64,000 nt of DNA from Rhina ancylostomus (Eukaryota), in NCBI GenBank assembly GCA_030265395.1, contig JARFYF010000002.1, forward strand, positions 32,173,071 through 32,237,070, given 5' to 3'. Positions within the stretch are counted from its first letter, which is position 1. Every line of letters starts with the position of its first letter. A program made the translations under genes and the position numbers. The notes beneath the pieces are model-generated. The model saw nothing but the letters and a program-made list of their open reading frames with translations, was not told the DNA's origin and made no database searches. Below, piece by piece: positions 53,691 to 64,000 of this stretch.

Positions 53691-56600
53691 CAGTAAAACT
53701 TACAATTGGAGTATATTGAATGATTTAGTTCTTTCCGTTCGACCCAATTGTTTCTTAGTTTGGTAGAATGTACCACCAAAGAAAATTAAATATTACTATT
53801 TAAAACATAAAGATATACCGGTAACAGCATTCGTGCATTAAATGAGTTGAATCAATTGAGTGACATTACATTCTTGACTTTTAGAACAATTCCCTGTCTA
53901 TCAATGATTTTGTTACTTGATGAATACATAAATAGATTGTCCAAGTAGGTAACAGATTTGCGGGGGGGGNNNNNNNNNNCCCCCCCCCCCCCCCGGCACA
54001 CTTCGATCACAGCTTTCTAATCAAATGTCCGTACTGCTAACGACCTGGACTGAGATAGTTTTTTCAAAAGGTGGTTTTATCAAATATCCAATTCATGCTG
54101 GATTGAGAATGAACAGTCTTTGTAGTGTTTAATAGGTGTAACCACCGACAGTGGTTTCTGAACAGACAAACATGCACACACTCCACTCTGTAAGATTGCG
54201 TTTTATGTTTGCAATTGTCGATAATGGGAATTAATATTGTTCTTTTCTATGTTTCCTCTCTATATAGGTTGAAATCAACTTTCCGAAACTTTAATGTCAC
54301 ATGAGTTTTATTCTTAAATGTCACCATTTTATATGATAATACGGTCTCTTTTTTAATGTTTATTGCTGGCCACAAAAAATAACATTAGATAAAAGTTCAA
54401 TGGAATAATTATACTGCACAGTATTTTGTTTCTTTCTGCATAGAACAAATGCAAGGTAAACACAGCTTCCTATGCGGTAATACGTTCTTTTCCCGAGATA
54501 CACATCATACATAGGAAGATGTCTGGATAAATATGGAAGAATAAGAAACAGATGGCCACGAGTAGATAGAAAATGTGCGTAAAACTACGCAATAACTAAA
54601 TTTTAATTGCAAACCATACAGAGTTATTACCTTCTTTCGTTTAGACGATTAAAATAGAAATAAATCGATTGATAACATGTTGACTGCTTGGGACGAAAAA
54701 AAATATGGATAGGGGGATGCGTGTGTGGATATCCAAATAGATGGATGTTATTGAATGAGTCAGTTTATTCTAAACGAAGAAAAAACAAGTTTTACGCGCG
54801 ACAATTTTAGAAAAAAATTGCAATTGCCAAAGCTAATTCGCAAATCAAAAAAAATGTATCGAAACTCAATTTGATTGATTGGTCATGGCTGGTTTGCGAT
54901 CATTTAATGATGATATGATTTTACTGGAAACGGAGAGGGTGTGCGAGGCCTGGGGTTATGCCTGATTCCGCCGCTCCATCAATAAACCCAACAGCTGTTT
55001 CTATCAGCTGATCTTTTCTCACAAAAGAGCGTTTAAATCGAATTGCACGTTATTATGGAAGTAACCAAGCCATTGCCTGCATCAATAATGCCAATAACAG
55101 GTATGTTTCCTTGTAACGACGGATATCGAATATACCGAAACAAGGTAATTCTAACTCCACTTCGTTCCTGAAAGAAATTTAACAGAGACCAAGTTATCAG
55201 AGGTCTCTGTTTTGTTTGAATATAAATTAATACAATTCTGATGCTAATGTGTTATTTACGATTAAAATTACAAATTATATTAAAAGTTAATAATAGTTTA
55301 TAGGTATATAACTTGCAATGGATATGAACAGCTATATGTTAATTTCCTAATTATTGGTATGAGTTGTACTGCTCGGTCCAATTGCTCAAATAAACTGGAG
55401 TATTTTTCAAATTCCAATTTATATTTAAGCTAAATAATTTCCTAAGGAATCTTCTCCATAATGTAGCTTAGTATTATCCCTCCTCTTCTTTCTGAGCTCC
55501 CCGTAGTTGTGAAACACTTCTAATACTGTAGCAGAATAAAAGAGAAACTTTGTTAGCGGAACTTTCGCGCAATTGAACGATGCAGTGTGATGGAAAAAGC
55601 TTGAAGGCTTCAGACTTTGAAGTGATCTGACACTGTGGACCATTATATATTATATGTAGTTGTTCTGCCCTCTGTTGGATATTAGTTGTAAATGCATCAT
55701 CTGAGCAAAACAGTTGTGTGTTCATTGCGCAGTAAAAGAACATTTCACTGCCCCCACCCCCTTGGGACAATGAAGAAAACTGTTGGAAATATCAGTTTGA
55801 ATATAATTTGATATTTTACCACTTCAAACGCCATTCTTAGTGGGAGGATTTGCGCCTCTCGCCTTAAAATGTTCCATATACTCTGTGGAAATATTGACTT
55901 GTTTCAGCGCGTTTCTAATCTGTGTTTAAACAGATGATTAAATTATTTCAGCTGATAATATTAACAAGGGGTTAACATAATTAGCCTCCGTACATAGAGG
56001 GATAAACACCCAGCAATACCAATAAGGATATTTCATGGATTTGAGTAAACATTGAATTGTAAGAATGTGGCATTAATCTGGACACTGGTCGTATTCCGAA
56101 TGGATGATATCACAACTAACCAAATAAGCAAACAAGTTATTATTAGAGTTTGATATCCCGTGTCTACGACTGTTTTAATCAGTCTTGCAGAAGTAAACTC
56201 GGATCACTGATACACTCTATTGAATATCGCACCTCATGAAATCTGGTCTGGAAAAATACTTGCAGACTAACTGGAGGATTCGTATCGTCTAATAGGTTGA
56301 ATGAAACTTGCCGTTTACAGGTGTCCATACAAAATTTAGTAAAGAAAATACTTAAATATAAGTACAATATTTACAATTGCAATACTTTGATGACCCCTGT
56401 TATTAATACAACTACGTGCTAAACTTTCTTTTCTTCGAAACATTTTAAGGATAATGTAAATAGTCAAAATAGCCACCTGGTGCAATTGTCCTGAATTATA
56501 CAAAATCTTTCCACAATTGTTCCCATTTGTGATGTATGACTAACACCTTCTTATTTCATCCATTGTCATTTGAGCTTTGCACTCCTATTTAATTGAATTT

Positions 56601-57172
56601 GTATTTTGCATCTGCGTTTACAATTAAATTGCATTTTCTCGCGACACTGGATAAACTAAAATTTTGACCAGGATAAAGAGTTAATAGTCATATTTATTCA
56701 CAATAGTGCCATCGCGTGGAGCCTGTGGAGAAACACAAGACGAAACCTTAACCGCCTTTCTGCGCATTTTATATATGGCTCTGAATCTCACTAAAAACTC
56801 AGCCAAGTCATAGTTTTAGCATAATCGCCAAAAATTAAAGTTGTGCTTTTCTTTCCGTCTGGTACAGTTGTAAATTGCATTGCTACAAAGGGAATTCAGC
56901 TGGAGAATGCTACACAACACAAAGTATAAGTGTAACGAAACCAGCACCAGTTTAACATTGCACTGCCTGTGAGGCAATTCAAATCCAATAAAACATTGGC
57001 AGTCCCACGTTATTTTAGTTTTACGCTTGCCCATACTGCAATGTAATCAGTGGAAATCAAACCTTTATGGTTAATGTTTAATCATGATGTTTCAAAAGAG
57101 CAAAGAAAATCAACAACAACAACTACATTTATGCAGCATCTTTAACACAAAAAAAACCACAGGGAATTCTCA

Positions 57173-57388
57173 AGCACACACGTTGCTGGAGGAATTCAGT
57201 CGGTTAGGCAGCATCTATGGAGGGAAATGAACAGACGGCGTTTCGGGCAGAGACCCTTCGACAGGTCACGGCCCGAAACATCGACTGTCCCTTTCCATCC
57301 ATAGATGCTCTCTGACTTGCTGAGTTCCTCCAGCATTTTGTGTGCGTTGCTCCAGATTTCCAGCATCTGCAGAATCTCTTGTGTCTCC
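57173..57388. mobile_element. Fold-back (inverted-repeat) non-autonomous element related to the Penelope-like terminal repeat
   Basis: The left arm gctggaggaattcag...catctatgg...gtttcgggc is complementary to the right arm gcccgaaac...ccatagatg...ctgagttcctccagc. The same arm sequence is attached to the Penelope-like fragment at 57890. Confidence 0.8.
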
Positions 57389-57889
57389 ATTCTACGAGGT
57401 TGGGTGGAGGGGGGATGGCAATTCAAAACATGAAACGACTTATAGATAACTAAGTGTATCACAGCATTAAGGAAAGCCATTTAAAAAAAAATCCAGAAAC
57501 CTCAGAGAGTGGTTTCAGGAAACATTCCTGAAGTGGGATCTCTGAGGGGTTGAAGAAAAAGGAGGATGCAATCTGATTATCAGAGAGAGTGAACTAGGAT
57601 GATTAGAGGTCAACGAAGGGATTTAAAAACAAGGCAGATAATTATATTTTGGAATGAATTAGGAAATTGAGAGCCAAATAGCACCATGAAGAAGAGATGG
57701 ATAAATGTGACAAGTTACATGAGAGGAAAGGCAGCAGAGCTTAGGTAATATTATGGAATTGTGTGGGTGGATACGAGCCTGGAGAGCAGTAGGGTAGTTG
57801 AGCTTGGGGGGCCTAAACAATGATAATGCTTCAGTAATAAAGAAGCTGATGACATATCAGTGGAGAACAACTTGTAGTAGGATTAACCC

Positions 57890-58356
57890 AAAAAAGTGCT
57901 GGAGGAACTCAGTGGGTCAGGGAGCACCTGTGGAGGGAAATGGATGGTTGACATTTCAGGTTGAGGCCCTTCATCCTGACTGGAAAGAAAGATGGGAGAT
58001 AGCCAGTGTAAAGACTTGGAGGGAAGGGGTGGAGTAAGAGCTGGTGAGTGACAGGTGGATCCAGGTTGGGGGAGGGGGTGATAGGCAGATGAGGACAGGA
58101 ATGACGTCAGAAGCTGGGAGATGATAGGTGGAAGGGCCGAAGATGATGGAATCTGACTGGAGAGGAGGGCGCGGGAGTGGGGGTGGGGAACTGGTGGGAT
58201 GACTGTGTGGGGCGATGGACAGATGTTAAGGTGGAGACCAGTTGGATCAGGTGGAGAGGGGAAAAGGGACAGAGGGGGTGTGGTTTCCTGAAGTTTGCAA
58301 ATTCAATGTTCATGCACCAGGTTGGAGACTGCCCAGACAGAATATGAAGTGTTGAG
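57890..58356 (-). mobile_element. Penelope-like element 3' fragment (end of GIY-YIG and terminal repeat)
   Basis: QHFIFCLGSLQPG, then after a frameshift MNIEFANF (P-x-G-x-N C-terminus of PLE endonucleases), a C-rich tract, and the terminal repeat arm. Confidence 0.7.
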
Positions 58357-59079
58357 TTGTAGTGGGATTAGCTATTTTTCCAATGAAGAGCAATGAGTGG
58401 AAGCTAATTTTACAGACAGCCTGGTTCAATTTGAGACAGTAAGACAGTGTACAATGAGAGTCATTGGTTAGCGTATGAATTTTACAGAAGGTGCTAAAGA
58501 TGACTTCAGTCTTCCTAATGTATTGCTGCAAGAAGTTATGAAATAGTGATGATTCCTTAGTAGTGCAAACAATCTGCCTTGGTGGAGGGAACAGAGAAGT
58601 CATTTATGAGTGATGGTATCAAGGAGCTGTAAGGAGATGAAGGGGAATGGGGCCCAGCAGAAATATTTTATTATTCTTAGCAGGGTAAGAAGAGATGGCA
58701 TTTATAGAGACAGTTCGGCAACAATTGCATTGCTAATATTGGAGCTAAACTGATCACCTGGTTGCTCCTCAATGTTTGAGTCCAACATTGGACAAGTCCT
58801 GAAAGTCATTATGTTCATGGTAGCCCATGTGAAAGAGCCACCACAACTGAACATATTGACTAATCTTCTTTTCACCGAGCTAGCTGTCACTCATATGCCC
58901 ATTGATGATGTTATGGTAAGAGTGACTGTCGCATAATTATAGTAAAAACAAATATATCATCTCCATGGTGACAAATTCCTCTATCATTTACCATGCTACT
59001 ATTGTAATTTTCAGCTTCTAATTCTTCATCTGTATATTGCTCTGCAATAATATTGCCTTTCATTATTTATTAATTTTTG

Positions 59080-60640
59080 GCATTTGGGTATCATTGGCAA
59101 TGCTAGCATTTATTACCCATCACTATTTTCCCTTGGGAAGAAAGAGGCGAGTTGCAGCCTTGTATTGCTGCAGTCCTTCAAATGAAAATCTTTCCACGGT
59201 ATTATTGGGTAAGGAGTTCTAAGATTTAGAACCAGCAATGATAATGGTAGGGCAATATATTTACAGGTCAGAGTTGTGAGCAGTGGAGGAATACCTGCAG
59301 GCAGTGGTGTGTCTCTGCAGCTGCTGCCTTTGTCGTTCTGGGTGGAAGTGGTCAGAGGTTTCATTGGTGCTGTCAGTGTGGCCAAAGCATGTGACTGCTG
59401 TGCATTTTGTAGATGGTACTGTCACAATGTTGATTGAGAGCAAACTCACTGAGAACCCAAATGCAGCACACTGATACAAGACTGGAGTCAGGATACTTCC
59501 TCAGGACAAACACAGGCAGTAACTGGANNNNNNNNNNNNNNNNNNNNNNNNNNNNNNNNNNNNNNNNNNNNNNNNNNNNNNNNNNNNNNNNNNNNNNNNN
59601 NNNNNNNNNNNNNNNNNNNNNNNNNNNCATGGAATCCATGTGCTGGACAACAAGGCATTAATGGAGCCAAATTGAGGGCCAGAACTCAGAACCATGACAG
59701 GTACAGCCTCTGTGCACCAGTGGCATAGGGAATGGACACCAATGAAGCTTTGTTTTGGATATTGCTAAGTTTCTTGAGAGTCGTTGGTGTTGTACTCACT
59801 TAGACAAGTGGAGAGAATTCCACTACACTCCTGGTCTGTGCCCTGTAAATGGTGCAAAATCTTTGAGGTGTCACAAGGTAAGTCATTCTCCTCAGAATAT
59901 CTAATCTCTGACCCACTCTTGTAGCCACAGTATGTATCTGGCTGGTGCAGTGGAATTTCTGGTTCATGATAACCCCAAGGATGTTGATGGGGAAGATTCG
60001 GTGATGGTAATGGCACTGAATGTCAAAGATGGTGGTATTAGGCTCTCTTTTGTTGGAGATGGTCATTGACTGGCACTTCTTTGACAAAAATGTTACTTGC
60101 CAATTATCAGCCTATGGGCTGAATGTCTTCCAGGTCTTGCTGCATGTAGGAATGGGCTGCTTTATTTGCTGAAGAGCTGCAAATGGAACTGAAAATTGTG
60201 CATTTATCAACAAACATCCTTATTTCTGATCTCATGGTTAAAAGGTTAGCGATGAAGCAGCTGAAGATAGTTGGGTCTTGGACACTACCTTAGGGAATTC
60301 CTGGATTGATGTCCTGAGGCTGGGATGATTGACCTCTGACAAAAAACTATCCTCTTCCTTAGTGTGCAGTATGACTCTGATCACTGGAGGGTTTTCTACT
60401 TGATGTCTGTTGACTGCAATTTTACCAGGGCTCCTTGAACACACTCTTGGTGAAATGCAGCCTTCTGCAAGGACAGTCAGTATCCACTCATCCCCATGTT
60501 TGGACCAATGCCGTGATTAGGTCTGTAGCTAATTGATCCTGGTGAAACCCAAACTAGGCATTAGTGAATAGGGTATTGGTGATTAAGTACAACTGATAAC
60601 ACTATTGGTGACCTTTTCCATTACTTTACTGATGATTGTC
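59080..60640 (-). mobile_element. Decayed CR1/L2-group LINE RT and 3' region
   Basis: The minus strand at about 60300-60243 reads GIP*GSVQDPTIFSCFI (GVPQGSVLGP motif), then MFVDKC (FADD position); also INILGV...IYRAQTRSVVEFSPLV (59800-60087). Confidence 0.8.
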
Positions 60641-61819
60641 TACATGATGTTTGTTTTCCAGAAAGTGCTCAGGGATGAAATTTTACTTCTTTCTCCACTT
60701 GCAGTCAGTGGTGCCTTGATTTAAGAAAGGATCATAACGTTCAAATCCCTCACCAACAGCTGTCATCTAGACCTTGATTTCCCCTAACACAAGGAACAAA
60801 GGAAATAAGAGCCACAAGACAAGTGTTAGTCAATGAGTCATTCAAGATCCAGGCAGGTAGACATTGTTTTCTACAACATAAGCAGAGATATTTCTAAGGT
60901 TTGACTCCTAAAATAGTTGATAGCCATTGAATATGTCTAATTATGTGAACCTTACTGACATTATGTCAACTATGGACATTATTATCAATACATATCAAAG
61001 ACTCTGACTGACACTGAGTCACTATGAGAAATGAACTTTTCGTGTTCAACATGAATTTTATTCCATTGAAGATAGTTCAGGCTCAAATAGCCAAATGACA
61101 TATTTCTGCTCTTATTTTTTATGTTTCTGTGATGTTAAATATTAGATCATGATTTTATTGTTCCCATTTCCTTGATGCTTAAGCAAGAAGAAATTAATTC
61201 ATANNNNNNNNNNNNNNNNNNNNNNNNNNNNNNNNNNNNNNNNNNNNNNNNNNNNNNNNNNNNNNNNNNNNNNNNNNNNNNNNNNNNNNNNNNNNNNNNN
61301 NNNNNNNNNNNNNNNNNNNNNNNNNNNNNNNNNNNNNNNNNNNNNNNNNNNNNNNNNNNNNNNNNNNNNNNNNNNNNNNNNNNNNNNNNNNNNNNNNNNN
61401 NNNNNNNNNNNNNNNNNNNNNNNNNNNNNNNNNNNNNNNNNNNNNNNNNNNNNNNNNNNNNNNNNNNNNNNNNNNNNNNNNNNNNNNNNNNNNNNNNNNN
61501 NNNNNNNNNNNNNNNNNNNNNNNNNNNNNNNNNNNNNNNNNNNNNNNNNNNNNNNNNNNNNNNNNNNNNNNNNNNNNTTTTGATTTGGGGGTTCTTCTTT
61601 CATATAATTAAATTTTATTTCTTTTCAATCTTTCCTTTTGTATTTGTTTACTTACTAATAGAATGTGAGGTCTAGATTACTTTTTTTTTACTCCTTGTGA
61701 TTATATACATTAATTGTTATGATTGTTATCCTGATCTCTTAACACTATTTGTATAATTACTAATGTGATATATATTATTTGGTACTAATTTGAAAATTAA
61801 TAAAAAGATTGAAAAAGAA

Positions 61820-62925
61820 AGAAAGTTTATTATTGTCAAATGTACCAAGATACAGTGAAAAACTGTGCATGCCATCCATACAGATCATTTCAAGACATAG
61901 GTACATCGAGGCAGTACAAAGGGAATAGCAATAACAGAATGCAAAATATAGAGTTATAGTGACAGTTACAGTGAAAGTGCAGTGCAGGTAGACAATAAGG
62001 TGCAAGGACCATGACAAGGTAGATTGTGAGATCGAGTTTATCTTTATCATACAAGATGTTTGTTTAAGAGTCTTATAACTGCAGGATAGAAGCTGTCCCT
62101 GAGCCTAGTAGTGCATGGTTTCAAGCTTTTGTACCTTCTGCCCAATGGGAGGGAGGAGGAGAGAGAATGACTGGGGTGGGGGCGGGGGAAGTGGTTAGAG
62201 GGGTGTTTGGTTATCTTGGCTGCTTTTCCGAGGCAGCAGGAAGTGTAGACAGAGTCCAAGGAGGGGAGGCTGGTTTTTATGATGGACTGAGCTGTGTCTA
62301 CAACTCTCTGCAATTTCTTGCTGTCTTGGGCAGAGCAATTGCCACACCAAGCTGTGATGCATCCGGATAGGTTTCTTTCACCATAGATGCTTTCTATGTG
62401 CATCTGTAAAAATTGGTGAGGGTCAAAGGGGACATGACAAATTTCCTTAGCCTTTCAAGGAAGTAGGGGCACTCATGAGCTTTCTTGGACCAGCTTTCAT
62501 GGTTGGATCAGGACAAGCTCTTGGTGATATTTACATCCAGGAACTTGAAGCTCTCAATCATCTCCACCTCAGCCCCACTGATACTTAGAGGGCATGTACT
62601 CCAGCCCATTACTGGTAAATGACCAGCTTATTTGTTTTGCTGACATTGAGGGAAAGGTTGTTGTCTTGACAGCATGCCACGAGGTTATCGGTCTCAGTCT
62701 CATCATTATTTGAGATCCGGCACACTATGGTGATGTCATTTGCAAACTTGTAGATGGAGTTAGAGCAGAATATGGTCACGCAGTCGTGAGTGTATAGGGA
62801 GTAGAGTAAGGGGCTGAGAATACAGCCTTACAAGGCACCAATGTTGAGGCTAATTGTGGTAGAGGTGTTGCTGCTGATTGCAGTTCGTTGGTCATGAAGT
62901 CAAGGATCCAGCTGCAGAGGGCGGT
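61820..62925 (-). mobile_element. Rex1/Babar-like LINE RT and C-terminal fragment
   Basis: GCILSPLLYSLYTHDC and IYKFANDITIV (RT motifs, about 62830-62722); ORF 62047-62403 LSGCITAWCGNC...LQRVV...GRRYKSLK...DSFYPAVIRLLN. Confidence 0.85.
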
Positions 62926-63471
62926 NNNNNNNNNNNNNNNNNNNNNNNNNNNNNNNNNNNNNNNNNNNNNNNNNNNNNNNNNNNNNNNNNNNNNNNNNNN
63001 NNNNNNNNNNNNNNNNNNNNNNNNNNNNNNNNNNNNNNNNNNNNNNNNNNNNNNNNNNNNNNNNNNNNNNNNNNNNNNNNNNNNNNNNNNNNNNNNNNNN
63101 NNNNNNNNNNNNNNNNNNNNNNNNNNNNNNNNNNNNNNNNNNNNNNNNNNNNNNNNNNNNNNNNNNNNNNNNNNNNNNNNNNNNNNNNNNNNNNNNNNNN
63201 NNNNNNNNNNNNNNNNNNNNNNNNNNNNNNNNNNNNNNNNNNNNNNNNNNNNNNNNNNNNNNNNNNNNNNNNNNNNNNNNNNNNNNNNNNNNNNNNNNNN
63301 NNNNNNNNNNNNNNNNNNNNNNNNNNNNNNNNNNNNNNNNNNNNNNNNNNNNNNNNNNNNNNNNNNNNNNNNNNNNNNNNNNNNNNNNNNNNNNNNNNNN
63401 NNNNNNNNNNNNNNNNNNNNNNNNNNNNNNNNNNNNNNNNNNNNNNNNNNNNNNNNNNNNNNNNNNNNNNN

Positions 63472-64000
63472 GGGGGACGGTCGGTGGGGGGGGGCGGGGG
63501 GAATGAAATGGAATGATGTAAGAAGCTGAGAGGTGATAGGTAGAAAAGGCAAAGGGCTGAAGAAGAAGGAATCTGGTAAGAGAGGATTGGAGGAGGAGAT
63601 GAGAGGGGCTACTGGGAGGACTGGCTGTTGCAGTGGACGAAGCGAAAGTGCTCGCTGAAGCAGTCACTCAATCTGCGTCAGGTCTCACTGATGTACAGGA
63701 GGCTGCACTGTGAGCACTAGATGCAATAAGTGACACCCTTAGACTCACAGGTGAAGCACTGCCTCACCTGGAAGGATTGTCTGGCATCCTGAATAGTGGT
63801 GAGGGTGGAGGTGTATGGACAGGTGTAGCACCTGGTGCGGTTGCAGGCATAAGTGCCAGGGGGGTTATCAGTGGGGAAGGATGAATGGACAAGGGAGTCG
63901 CGGAGGAAGCGGGGGTGAAGGGAAGATGTGCCTGGTAGTAGGATCCTGTTAGAGGTGGCGCAAGTTGTGGAGAATGACATGTTGGATACAGAGGCTCTTG
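63472..64000 (-). mobile_element. Penelope-like element fragment (Cys linker and GIY-YIG N-terminus)
   Basis: LRDSLVHS...GTYACNRTRCYTC...FTCESKGVTYCI, followed after a frameshift by LYISET*RRLSDCFSEH. Confidence 0.8.

Noticed and set aside
54000-64000. Search for the tandem neighbour TFAP2D or other genes
   Set aside because: No second set of AP-2 exons or other host exons recognised.

Overview
AT-rich vertebrate genomic DNA from a draft assembly with many N gaps. The repeat content (CR1, Rex1/Babar-type and Penelope-like elements, and fold-back 'gctggaggaactcagc' repeats) suggests a cartilaginous fish, but that is inference. The window holds one complete protein-coding gene, TFAP2B (AP-2 beta), on the minus strand. 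I assembled seven coding exons by eye, with GT/AG junctions and consistent phases: 53187-53107, 48549-48100, 40038-39978, 22887-22671, 21250-21132, 17734-17593 and 14094-13797 (1368 nt, 455 aa). There is also an alternative first exon 1b (MLVHTYTAM, 49661-49635). Retroelement debris is concentrated at about 1-7.4 kb, 29.7-36.9 kb and 57-64 kb. I found no clear new multi-gene system. The best leads are decayed minimal hammerhead-ribozyme cores in Penelope-derived fold-back repeats, a uORF overlapping the TFAP2B start, a promoter-like cassette in intron 3, two long intronic hairpins upstream of 3' splice sites, and a 62-bp direct duplication in intron 3.
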